The position numbers and the translations under genes were made by a program. From Mycobacteriales bacterium (lineage in GTDB: Bacteria; Actinomycetota; Actinomycetes; Mycobacteriales; QHCD01), in NCBI GenBank assembly GCA_036497565.1, contig DASXJE010000046.1, forward strand, positions 15,929 to 79,928: a stretch of 64,000 bases of DNA, given 5' to 3'. The notes under the pieces were generated by a model. It did not search any database and had not been told where the DNA came from. It saw only the letters and a program-made list of their open reading frames with translations. Below are positions 41,293-50,062 of the stretch, in pieces (the stretch's first letter is position 1; the number at the start of each line of letters is the position of its first letter).

Positions 41293-42465
41293 GTGCCTGC
41301 TCCCCTTGTCGCGACACTGCGCCGGGTCGAGCGCGCGTCCGGGGCCCTGGCCACCCAGAGCGTGGCGCGGATGGACGAGCAGCTGGCGTGGTTCCGGGCG
41401 ATGCCGCCCGCCCAGCGGTCCTGGATCACGCTGGTCGCCCAGGCCGGGGTGGCGTCCTTCGTCGAGTGGCTGCGCGACCCCGACGTCTCGCCGTCCCCGA
41501 TCGGTGACGTGTTCAACACCGCGCCCCCGGATCTGGCCCGCCGGGTCTCGTTGCAGCAGACCGTGGAACTGGTACGGATCACGGTCGAGGTGGTCGAGTC
41601 GCGGGTGGCGAACCTGGCCGCCCCCGGTGAGGAGGCGGCGCTGCGCGAGGCCGTCCTCCGCTACAGCAGGGAGATCGCCTTCGCCGCGGCGCAGGTCTAC
41701 GCCGGTGTCGCGGAGACCCGCGGAGCCTGGGATGCCCGGCTCGAGGCCCTGGTCGTCGACGCGCTGCTGCGGGGCGAGCCGGACGAGTCGCTGCCCGGCC
41801 GGGCCGCCGCGCTCGGCTGGGCGTCGGTCACCGCGGTCGCCGTCGCGGTCGGCGAGGCACCGGCGGCCGATCCCGAGTCGGTGCTGGACGCCATCCAGCG
41901 AGCCGCCCGACCGGGCGGCGGACCGGTCCTGGCCGGAATCCACGCGGGCCGGCTCCTCGTCGCCGTCGGAGGCAGTGACGACGCGCGGCCGACGATCACC
42001 GCCCTCCTGCCGCAGTTCGGCCCCGGGCCGGTCGTGGTCGGCCCTACCGTCCGCGACCTGGGCGTAGCCGGCCGGTCGGCGACCGCCGCCTTGTCCGGGG
42101 TCCGGGCCGCCTGCGCCTGGCCGGCCGCGCCCCGCCCGGTCCTGGCCACCGATCTGCTACCCGAACGGGCGCTGTGCGGCGACCGGACGGCGCAGCAGGA
42201 GTTGGTGGACGACGTCTACGCTCCCCTCGCCGCCGCCGGCGGACCGCTGCTCGAAACCGCCACAATCTACCTCGACCGCGGCGGTGCCCTCGAGGCCACG
42301 GCGCGGGCGCTCTTTGTCCATCCCAACACTGTCCGCTACCGCCTCCGCCGGATCGCCGAGGTCTGCGGCCATCCGCCGGCCGAGCCGAGACACGCGTTCG
42401 TCCTCCAGATCGCGCTTGCGCTCGGCCGCCTCGCTGAGCAGGAAGCCCGGTCAGGCCCGGAGTAG
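41293..42465 (+). CDS. PucR/CdaR-family transcriptional regulator (FasR-like by position), about 390 aa
   Basis: Residue 25 (GTG) of ORF 41221..42465. C-terminal HTH LFVHPNTVRYRLRRI. Sits immediately upstream of fabD, like Streptomyces fasR. ATG 41221 would abut the divergent PHP gene start. Confidence 0.78.
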   Translation: MPAPLVATLRRVERASGALATQSVARMDEQLAWFRAMPPAQRSWITLVAQAGVASFVEWLRDPDVSPSPIGDVFNTAPPDLARRVSLQQTVELVRITVEVVESRVANLAAPGEEAALREAVLRYSREIAFAAAQVYAGVAETRGAWDARLEALVVDALLRGEPDESLPGRAAALGWASVTAVAVAVGEAPAADPESVLDAIQRAARPGGGPVLAGIHAGRLLVAVGGSDDARPTITALLPQFGPGPVVVGPTVRDLGVAGRSATAALSGVRAACAWPAAPRPVLATDLLPERALCGDRTAQQELVDDVYAPLAAAGGPLLETATIYLDRGGALEATARALFVHPNTVRYRLRRIAEVCGHPPAEPRHAFVLQIALALGRLAEQEARSGPE

Positions 42466-42468
42466 GGT

Positions 42469-42485
42469 TTGGAGGAAACCTCCAA
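42469..42485. promoter_or_regulatory. 17-bp palindrome TTGGAGGAAACCTCCAA followed by TTTCT (weak terminator or operator)
   Basis: Perfect 7-bp arms with a 3-nt loop, 4 nt after the regulator stop and 69 nt before the fabD GTG. Visibly low GC for this genome. Confidence 0.3.
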
Positions 42486-42553
42486 TTTCTCGGGGGTGGA
42501 CTTCGTGCGCGTCGGCATCGTCGCGGACCGCGTCGACGCGGGAGGCTTTAGGA

Positions 42554-43750
42554 GTGATCGCACTACTTGCCCCGGGCCAGGGGTCGCAGGCACCCGGCAT
42601 GCTCACGCCATGGCTGGAGGTGCCCGGAGCGCCCGCCCGGGTGCAATGGCTCTCCGAGGTCACCGGGCTCGACCTGGCCCGGCTCGGCACGAGTGCCTCC
42701 GCCGAGGAGATCCGCGACACCGCAGTCACCCAGCCCCTGATCGTCGCGCTCGGCCTGATCGCGGCCGCCGAACTCTCCCTCGACGACGTCGCGGTCACCG
42801 CCGGGCACAGCGTCGGCGAGCTGACCGCGGCCGCGCTGGCCGGGGTGCTGACGCCGGAGAGCGCCGCGGCGCTCGCGGCGCTGCGCGGCCGCGAGATGGC
42901 GGCGGCCTGCGGGCTCGCCGACACCGGCATGTCGGCGGTGCTGGGCGGCGACCCGGCCGAGGTGATCGCCCGGATCGAGGAGTGCGGCCTGGTCGCGGCC
43001 AACCGCAACGGCGCCGGTCAGGTGGTCGCCGCCGGCACGCTGGAGGGTCTGGCCGCGCTCGCGGAGACCCCGCCGGCCCGCGCCCGCGTCGTCCCGCTGC
43101 CGGTCGCCGGCGCCTTCCACACCGACTTCATGGCCCCGGCCGAGGCGGCACTGGCCGACGTCGCCGACGGCATCCCGGTCGCCGGGCCCGAGCGCATGCT
43201 GCTGTCCAACGCCGACGGCACCGCGGTGTCCAGCGGTCGCGAGATGATGAAGCGACTCGTCCGCCAGGTCCGGTCTCCGGTCCGATGGGACCTGTGCCAG
43301 GCGACCCTGCGCGACCTCGATGTCACCGCCGCGATCGAACTGCCGCCCGCGGGGACCCTCACCGGGCTCGCCAAGCGCGAACTCCCCGGCGTCGAGGTCG
43401 TCGCACTCAAGACTCCGGACGACCTGCCCGCGGCCCGCCGGCTCATCCTGCAGGCCGCGCCCAGCGGTCAGGCGGTGCACACCCCGGACTGGCGGGTGGT
43501 GGTGTCGCCGGCCGGCGGCACGTTCCACCCGACCGCTCTCGAGGAGGGCACGGCGCTGCCCGCCGGCTCACCGCTCGGCGTCATCCGCACCCGGCGCGAC
43601 GAACAGCACGTCAGCGCCAGCTACGACGGCGTACTCGTCGAATGGCTGGCCCAGGACGCCGATCTGGTCGATGCCGGCGAGCCGCTCGCGCTGCTCTACC
43701 CCGATCCCACCCTCGACGTCTCGACCACAGGAAAGGACGGCGCCCGGTGA
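42554..43750 (+). CDS. fabD: Malonyl-CoA:ACP transacylase FabD fused to a C-terminal lysine-less biotinyl/lipoyl-carrier-like domain, 398 aa
   Basis: Residue 91 (GTG) of ORF 42284..43750, with a GGAGG SD 9 nt upstream. FabD motifs LLAPGQGSQ, GHSVGE and AFHT in residues 1-300. Residues ~313-383 (VVSPAGGTFH...GSPLGVIRTRRDEQHVSASYDGVLVEWLAQDADLVDAGEPLALL) align by eye to the BCCP biotinyl domain. Confidence 0.88.
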   Translation: MIALLAPGQGSQAPGMLTPWLEVPGAPARVQWLSEVTGLDLARLGTSASAEEIRDTAVTQPLIVALGLIAAAELSLDDVAVTAGHSVGELTAAALAGVLTPESAAALAALRGREMAAACGLADTGMSAVLGGDPAEVIARIEECGLVAANRNGAGQVVAAGTLEGLAALAETPPARARVVPLPVAGAFHTDFMAPAEAALADVADGIPVAGPERMLLSNADGTAVSSGREMMKRLVRQVRSPVRWDLCQATLRDLDVTAAIELPPAGTLTGLAKRELPGVEVVALKTPDDLPAARRLILQAAPSGQAVHTPDWRVVVSPAGGTFHPTALEEGTALPAGSPLGVIRTRRDEQHVSASYDGVLVEWLAQDADLVDAGEPLALLYPDPTLDVSTTGKDGAR

Positions 43751-44700
43751 ATTCAGGCGACGGAGCACCGGGAGCGCGGATCCTCGCCATCGGCGACTAC
43801 CGGCCCACCCAGGTGGTGACCAACGACGACCTCGCGAAGCGGCTCGACACCAACGACGCGTGGATTCGCAGCCGGGTCGGCGTCGGCTCCCGGCACATCG
43901 CCGCCGACGGCGAGACCGTCGTCGACATGGGGACGGCCGCCGCGGGCAAGGCGCTGGCCGCCAGCGGGATCGCGCCGGAGAAGATCGACCTGGTGGTCAC
44001 CGCGACCTGCACCATGCCGACCGCGCTGCCCTCGGCCGCGCCGAGCATCGCCGCCCGGCTGGGGATCCCGACCCCGGGCGCCTACGACCTCAACGGTGCG
44101 TGCGCCGGCTTCTGCTACGGCCTGTCCATGGCCAGCGACGCGATCCGGGCCGGGTCCGCACGACACGTGCTGCTCATCGGTGCGGAGAAGCTGTCGGCCT
44201 GGCTGGACTGGACCGACCGCTCGACCTGCATCATCTTCGGCGACGGTGCCGGAGCCGCGGTGATCGGCCCGGCCGACGAACCCGGCATCGGCCCGGTGGT
44301 CTGGGGCAGCGACGGCGAGCAGGCCGAGGCGATCAGCACCAACGAGGAGCGCTACATCCAGATGGACGGCCGCGCGGTCTTCCGCTGGGCCACCACCAAG
44401 ATGGGCGCTGTCGCCCTCGAGGCCTGCGCCCGGGCCGGCATCTCCCCCGCCGACCTGGCGGTCGTCGTCCCGCACCAGGCCAACCTGCGCATCGTGGAAG
44501 CCATCGTCAAGCAACTCGGCACCCCCGACGCCATCGTGGCCCGGGACATCGTCGACACCGGCAACACCTCGTCGGCCTCCGTACCGCTGGCCCTGGCTCG
44601 CATGCGCGAACGCGGCGAGATCCGCACCGGCGACCACGCCCTGCTCATCGCCTTCGGCGCAGGGCTCACCTACGCCGGGCAGGTCATCACCTGCCCGTGA
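43747..44700 (+). CDS. fabH: 3-oxoacyl-ACP synthase III FabH, 317 aa
   Basis: GTG at 43747 in the frame of ORF 42469..44700 (residue 427). Catalytic contexts NGACAGF, PHQANLRI and GNTSSAS. GTGA overlap with the fabD stop. Confidence 0.92.
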   Translation: MNSGDGAPGARILAIGDYRPTQVVTNDDLAKRLDTNDAWIRSRVGVGSRHIAADGETVVDMGTAAAGKALAASGIAPEKIDLVVTATCTMPTALPSAAPSIAARLGIPTPGAYDLNGACAGFCYGLSMASDAIRAGSARHVLLIGAEKLSAWLDWTDRSTCIIFGDGAGAAVIGPADEPGIGPVVWGSDGEQAEAISTNEERYIQMDGRAVFRWATTKMGAVALEACARAGISPADLAVVVPHQANLRIVEAIVKQLGTPDAIVARDIVDTGNTSSASVPLALARMRERGEIRTGDHALLIAFGAGLTYAGQVITCP

Positions 44701-44755
44701 CACACCGGGCCGGGCACACCGCCCGTCCCGTCCACCGATGAAAGGACAGCACATC

Positions 44756-44998
44756 GTGACGACCGAGGAGATCCGCTCCGGCCTCGCCGACATCCTGGAA
44801 GAGGTCGCCGGGGTCCAGCCGGCCGACGTGGCCCCCGAGAAGTCCTTCGTCGACGACCTCGACGTGGACTCGCTCTCGATGGTCGAGGTCGCTCTCGCCG
44901 CCGAGGAGAAGTTCGGCGTCAAGATCCCCGACGACGAGCTGTCCAACCTCAAGACGGTCGGTGACGCGATCGCCTACATCGAGAAGAACCAGTCCTGA
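44756..44998 (+). CDS. acpP: Acyl carrier protein, 80 aa from GTG 44756 (ORF track start 44738)
   Basis: ORF 44738..44998. Phosphopantetheine site LDVDSLSMVE. AAAGGA SD inside the first codons of the longer ORF favours GTG 44756. Confidence 0.92.
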   Translation: MTTEEIRSGLADILEEVAGVQPADVAPEKSFVDDLDVDSLSMVEVALAAEEKFGVKIPDDELSNLKTVGDAIAYIEKNQS

Positions 44999-45083
44999 CC
45001 ACACCCGCGACCACGGGCCGGGCGATGACCGACACGACGGCGCAGCGAGAAGTCATCCGCGCTACGGAGGCCGAACCGAAGTC

Positions 45084-46325
45084 ATGACCGCAGAGCACGA
45101 CATCTACGTGACCGGAATGGGTGCGACGACGCCTCTCGGGGGGGACGTGTCGTCGACCTGGTCGGCCATGCTCGAAGGCCGCTCCGGGGTGACCGCGCTC
45201 GAGGACGACTGGGCAAAACAGCTGACGGCGCGCCTGGTGGCCCGGGTCGCGGTGGAACCCACCGAGACCCTGTCCCGGGTGGAGGCCCGCCGGCTCGACC
45301 GGTGCCAGCAACTGGCGCTGGTCGCCGCCCGGGAGGCCTGGGCCGACAGCGGTCTGGCCGGCTCAGCCGGCGACTCCAACGTCGACCCGGAGCGCCTGGC
45401 CGTCGTACTCGGCACCGGGATCGGCGGCGCGCTGACGCTGCTCGGCCAGGACGACGTGCTCGAGGCCAGCGGTCCGCGGCGGGTGTCGCCGTTGACCGTG
45501 CCGATGCTCATGCCCAACTCGCCGGCCGCGGCGGTCGGACTCGATGTCGGCGCCCGGGCCGGGGTACACGCCCCGGTCAGCGCCTGCGCCTCCGGTGCGG
45601 AGGCCCTGGCCTGGGCGGTCGACGTGATCCGCGCCGGGCGGGCCGACGTCGTGGTCAGCGGCGGCACCGAGGCCTGCATCCATCCGCTGCCGATGGCCGG
45701 CTTCGGGCAGATGCGCGCGCTGTCCACCCGCAACGACGACCCGGAGGCCGCGTCCCGGCCCTTCGACAAGGGGCGCGACGGCTTCGTCCTCGGCGAAGGG
45801 GCCGGCGTCCTGGTCCTCGAACGCGCCGACCACGCGCGGGCCCGGGGTGCCCAGGTCTACGGCGTACTCGCCGGCGGCGGCATCACCTCCGACGCGTACC
45901 ACATCACCGCACCCGATCCGGTCGGGTCCGGTGCGGCGCGGGCCATCGGGCTGGCGCTCGAACGCGGCGGCCTGACCCGCGCCGACATCGGGCACGTCAA
46001 CGCCCACGCGACGTCGACGGCCGTGGGCGACCTCGCCGAGGCCCAGGCGATCCGGGCGGCGCTCGGCAACGACCCGGTGGTCACCTCGACCAAGTCCATG
46101 ACGGGTCACCTGCTCGGTGCCGCCGGCGCGGTCGAGGCGATCGCCACCGTGCTCGCCATCCGCGACGGGATCATCCCGGTGACCCGCAACCTCGACGATC
46201 CCGACGACGAGATCGACCTGGATCTGGTCCGGATGACCGCCCGCAAGGTCTCACTCGACGCGGCAGTCAGCGACTCGTTCGGATTCGGCGGGCACAACGT
46301 CGCGCTCGCGTTCTGCCGGGCGTAG
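45084..46325 (+). CDS. fabF: 3-oxoacyl-ACP synthase II (FabF/KasA-type), 413 aa
   Basis: Residue 42 of ORF 44961..46325 starts MTAEHDIYVTGMGATTPLG. Cys-His-His contexts SACASGA, NAHATST and GHLLGAAG. Confidence 0.92.
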   Translation: MTAEHDIYVTGMGATTPLGGDVSSTWSAMLEGRSGVTALEDDWAKQLTARLVARVAVEPTETLSRVEARRLDRCQQLALVAAREAWADSGLAGSAGDSNVDPERLAVVLGTGIGGALTLLGQDDVLEASGPRRVSPLTVPMLMPNSPAAAVGLDVGARAGVHAPVSACASGAEALAWAVDVIRAGRADVVVSGGTEACIHPLPMAGFGQMRALSTRNDDPEAASRPFDKGRDGFVLGEGAGVLVLERADHARARGAQVYGVLAGGGITSDAYHITAPDPVGSGAARAIGLALERGGLTRADIGHVNAHATSTAVGDLAEAQAIRAALGNDPVVTSTKSMTGHLLGAAGAVEAIATVLAIRDGIIPVTRNLDDPDDEIDLDLVRMTARKVSLDAAVSDSFGFGGHNVALAFCRA

Positions 46326-46335
46326 CCGCCATGTC

Positions 46336-47805
46336 ATGTCGACGAGCCGATCGATCGCCCACCCTGAGGGGGAGCAACCAGTGACCACACTCGCGTCCGC
46401 CCCGGCCGCCGCCGGGCCCGCCCCGGACCTGCGCGATCCCGAGGTGCGGCTCGCCGCGCTCCTCGACGACGACTCGGTCGACCTGCTGTCCGAACACGAC
46501 AGCTGCGGAGTGCTCACCGCCCGTGGAACGGTCGACGGCGGCCCGGTGATCGCCTACGCGACCGACGGCACCGTCATGGGCGGCGCGATGGGCTCGGAGG
46601 GCTGCCGGCGGGTCGTCGACGCAATCGACACGGCCGTCCGCGAGCGGGTGCCGGTCATCGGGCTGTGGCACTGCGGCGGCGCGCGGCTGGCCGAGGGCGT
46701 GGAGGCGCTCGACGCCGTCGGCCAGGTGTTCGCCGCGATGGTGCGGGCCTCCGGCCGGGTACCCCAGATCTCGGTCGTGCTCGGCCCGGCGGCCGGTGGC
46801 GCGGCCTACGGCCCGGCCCTCACCGACATCGTCATCATGGGTCCGGCCGGACGGGTCTTCGTGACCGGTCCTGAGGTCGTCCGCAGTGTCACCGGCGAGA
46901 TGGTCGACATGGAGCGGCTCGGCGGACCCGACACCCACGGCCGACGCAGCGGCGTGGTCCACGTGGTCACCACCTCCGACGAGGAGGCGATGGAGCGGGC
47001 CCGGGCGCTGACCCAACTGCTCTCCGTACCGGGCCGGCTGACGCCCTCGGTCATCACCGAGGACGTCGATGTCTCGGCGCTGCTCCCGGACGCTCCCCAG
47101 CGGGCCTACGACGTCCACCCGGTGGTCGCCGCCATCCTCGACCCGGACGCAAGCCTGGTGGAGTTGCACCCGCGCTGGGCACCCAACGTCGTGACGGCGC
47201 TGGGTCGGCTGGCCGGGCGGACGGTCGGCGTCATCGCCAACAACCCGCTGCGCCTCGGCGGATGCCTCGACTCGGCGTCGGCGGAGAAGGCCGCGCGGTT
47301 CGTGCGGATGTGCGACGCGTTCGGCGTACCCCTGGTGGTTCTCGTCGACGTTCCCGGCTACCTGCCCGGGGTGGGACAGGAGTGGGACGGCGTCGTACGG
47401 CGCGGCGCCAAACTGCTGCACGCCTTCTCCGAGGCCGTGGTGCCCCGCGTCACGCTGATCACGCGCAAGGCCTACGGCGGCGCCTACATCGCGATGAACT
47501 CACGTGCGCTCGGCGCGGACGCCGTACTCGCGTGGCCGACCGCCGAGGTCGCCGTGATGGGCGCATCCGCCGCCGTCAACATCCTGCACCGCAAGAAGCT
47601 CGCCGCCGTACCGAACGACGAACGGCAGGCGCTGCATGCGCGGTTGACCGCCGAGCACGAGAAGATCGCCGGTGGCGTCAACCGCGCACTGGAGATCGGG
47701 GTCGTGGACGAGATCATCCAGCCCGACACCACCCGACGCCGACTGGCCGAGGCGCTGGCCGCCGCGCCCGCGGGTCGCGGCGCGCACGGCAACATCCCGC
47801 TGTAG
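46336..47805 (+). CDS. Acyl-CoA carboxylase carboxyltransferase beta subunit (AccD6-like by position), up to 489 aa
   Basis: ORF 46336..47805. Carboxyltransferase fold with two GG-loop regions (LWHCGGARLAEG, KAYGGAYIAM). Directly follows the KAS gene, as accD6 does in mycobacteria. Start uncertain. Confidence 0.87.
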   Translation: MSTSRSIAHPEGEQPVTTLASAPAAAGPAPDLRDPEVRLAALLDDDSVDLLSEHDSCGVLTARGTVDGGPVIAYATDGTVMGGAMGSEGCRRVVDAIDTAVRERVPVIGLWHCGGARLAEGVEALDAVGQVFAAMVRASGRVPQISVVLGPAAGGAAYGPALTDIVIMGPAGRVFVTGPEVVRSVTGEMVDMERLGGPDTHGRRSGVVHVVTTSDEEAMERARALTQLLSVPGRLTPSVITEDVDVSALLPDAPQRAYDVHPVVAAILDPDASLVELHPRWAPNVVTALGRLAGRTVGVIANNPLRLGGCLDSASAEKAARFVRMCDAFGVPLVVLVDVPGYLPGVGQEWDGVVRRGAKLLHAFSEAVVPRVTLITRKAYGGAYIAMNSRALGADAVLAWPTAEVAVMGASAAVNILHRKKLAAVPNDERQALHARLTAEHEKIAGGVNRALEIGVVDEIIQPDTTRRRLAEALAAAPAGRGAHGNIPL

Positions 47806-47822
47806 GCGATCTGCCGACAGTC

Positions 47823-48314
47823 TCAGCCGACCTGGTGCAGCCACCGGACCGGTGCGCCGTCGCCGGCCTGCCGGTAGGGCTCGAGCTCGGCGTCCCACGA
47901 CGCCCCGAGCATGGTGTCGATCGCATGCGCGAAGTCGTCGGCGGTCACGCAACCGGCCCGGGCGGCGCGCAGTTGCTGCTCGCCGATCACCAGGTCGCCG
48001 TTGGCACTCGTCGCCGCCCGGTGGGTTCCCCGGCCGGGGACGTGCACGATGCGCTCGCCGTCGCAGCCCGGGCTCGCGTCCTCGGTGACCTCGAACCGCA
48101 ACATGGGCCAGTCCCGCAGCGCCGCGGCGAGGCGGCCACCGGTGCCGGCCCGACCGCTCCATCCGCACTCTGCGCGCAGTGCGCCGGGCGCGGCGGGCTG
48201 CCCGGTCCACGACAGCGTGACCCGCATGTCGAGGACAGCCGAAATAGCCCACTCCACATGCGGGCAAACAGCGGGCGCGCACGAGTGGACATAGACGACG
48301 CCACGTGTGGCCAC
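47823..48314 (-). CDS. DUF3145 family protein, 163 aa
   Basis: Residue 126 (GTG) of ORF 47823..48689 starts VATRGVVYVHSCAPAVCPHVEWAISAVL. GGAGG SD 5 nt upstream. Confidence 0.8.
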   Translation of the reverse strand: MATRGVVYVHSCAPAVCPHVEWAISAVLDMRVTLSWTGQPAAPGALRAECGWSGRAGTGGRLAAALRDWPMLRFEVTEDASPGCDGERIVHVPGRGTHRAATSANGDLVIGEQQLRAARAGCVTADDFAHAIDTMLGASWDAELEPYRQAGDGAPVRWLHQVG

Positions 48315-48566
48315 GGTGACCTCCGGTTGGACGAGGGACGCCTTCCCCGACGACCTCGACCATGGGACACACGGTGACGCTGTGACGTTGCCGTGATCAT
48401 TGTGCCTGGTGAGACCCCTGATGCGCCAGCCATGCGCAGATCCACCCGGTCGGCTCCCCGATTCGGCGAAACGACGGCGCTGCCCGCCACGGTGCGTGAC
48501 GATGGGCACTGCCGGTCGACCCGGCCGGCCTAGCCGCGTCCCCATTGAGGTCCGGGGAGGACAACC

Positions 48567-48758
48567 ATGCGTAAGGTCGCCGACTGCCGTGACATGCCGA
48601 GCGAGTCCGGCTGCACTCTCACCATCAGCGGAGCAGAGGACGAGGTCGTCCGCGCCGCCGCCGAACATGCGGTCTCCGTGCACGGCCACACCGACTCACC
48701 CGAGTTCCGGAACGAGATCCGGGGCTCGCTGAAGGACGAGGCGCCCGCCGGCGTCTGA
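48567..48758 (+). CDS. DUF1059 family small protein, 63 aa
   Basis: ORF 48567..48758, MRKVADCRDMPSESGCTLTISGAEDEVVRAAAEHAVSVHGH. GGGGAGG SD upstream. Confidence 0.75.
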   Translation: MRKVADCRDMPSESGCTLTISGAEDEVVRAAAEHAVSVHGHTDSPEFRNEIRGSLKDEAPAGV

Positions 48759-48768
48759 GGGCTCTCGG

Positions 48769-50034
48769 CTATCCGAACAACCGGGCGAGCTCGCTCGTGA
48801 CGGTGGCTTTGACCTTGTCCAGCTCCGGCGCCGGCCTGGCGCCGCCGCGGATCACGTTGGTCAGCGCGTCGGCGTAGGCCGCGCTCATCTTCGGTGTCCA
48901 GTCCGGCGGCGTCACAGGCATCGCATAGTGCCGGGACAGCTGCAGCGCCTCGGCCGTGGGGCCGCTCGCCAGCGCGGTCGCCTTCTCCGCCACGCTCGTG
49001 CGCGCCGGCAGGTGCAGGCCGTAGTCGAGAGCGAACTCCGCCTGGTAGTCGGTGCGGTCGACCCAGAGCCACCGGACGAACGACTTGGCCGCGTCCAGGT
49101 TCGGGCTCTTGGCGTCGACCATCGCCGCGAAGGTGGTGATCGGGACGGACGGCCGGCCCTGCCCGTCGAGCGGCGGAAAGGCGGCCACGGCCACGTCCCC
49201 GCCCCACACCCGGGTGATCGCCGGCAGCGCCGACAGACCGGTCCACTGCATGGCGACGAGCCCGTGGACGAACGCCGACGGGTCGGACCAGTCGGTGGAC
49301 GAATCCAACAGCAAACTGTTGCTCGTGTAGAGCTGGCGCAGTTTCTCCAGCGCCGCCACGGCCCGCGGGCTGTCGAACCCCATCCGGTGCTCCGGCGTCG
49401 TGTAGGTCAGCCCGGCCGACCACAGCACCGGACCGCCCAGGGCACCCACCCCGCCGTCGTTGCCGACGAACAGACCCTTCACCTTCTTCGTCGTCAGCGC
49501 CTTCGCCGCGCCGATCAGCTCCTCGACGGTCGCCGGCGGCGGGAGTCCGGCCCGCTGCAGCAGACTCTTGCGGTAGTAGAGCAACTGCATGTCCTCGACC
49601 ATCGGGATCCCGTAAACCTTGCCGTTTACGGTGTTGGCCGCGAGGTCGGCCGGGGCGAAGTCCGGACGGGCCGCGCCGAGCAGGTCGTCGAGCGGCACCA
49701 GCTGCCCGGACCGGACGAGGTCGTCGCTCACCTGACCTTCGAAGATGTCGGGCGGCGCGGGGCCCAGCAGGGCGGCCGCCAGCGTGGCGGTGTAGTTGCC
49801 GGGCTTCCACCCCACCGTGACCCGGGCCTTGCCGAACGCCGCGGCGTAGCGCTTCGCGGCCCGCTCGGCGCCGGGTTGGCCGTAGTCGTGGTACCACTGC
49901 GTGAGTTGCGGCTCACCCGAGCCGACCGGACCCGGTTGCGATCGGCAGCCCGCGGCGAGTGCGCCGAGGACGACCAGCCCGCTCGACCGGCGGAGGAACG
50001 ACCGCCGGTCGGACACCGCGGACGTGATCTCCAT
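48769..50034 (-). CDS. Extracellular solute-binding lipoprotein (carbohydrate-type ABC SBP), 421 aa, with no cognate permease or ATPase nearby
   Basis: Residue 34 of ORF 48769..50133 starts MEITSAVSDRRSFLRRSSGLVVLGALAAGC (Tat-like RR plus lipobox). SBP family 1-like body. Confidence 0.83.
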   Translation of the reverse strand: MEITSAVSDRRSFLRRSSGLVVLGALAAGCRSQPGPVGSGEPQLTQWYHDYGQPGAERAAKRYAAAFGKARVTVGWKPGNYTATLAAALLGPAPPDIFEGQVSDDLVRSGQLVPLDDLLGAARPDFAPADLAANTVNGKVYGIPMVEDMQLLYYRKSLLQRAGLPPPATVEELIGAAKALTTKKVKGLFVGNDGGVGALGGPVLWSAGLTYTTPEHRMGFDSPRAVAALEKLRQLYTSNSLLLDSSTDWSDPSAFVHGLVAMQWTGLSALPAITRVWGGDVAVAAFPPLDGQGRPSVPITTFAAMVDAKSPNLDAAKSFVRWLWVDRTDYQAEFALDYGLHLPARTSVAEKATALASGPTAEALQLSRHYAMPVTPPDWTPKMSAAYADALTNVIRGGARPAPELDKVKATVTSELARLFG

Positions 50035-50062
50035 GCGACCGCACGATAACGGCGCGGCGGCG

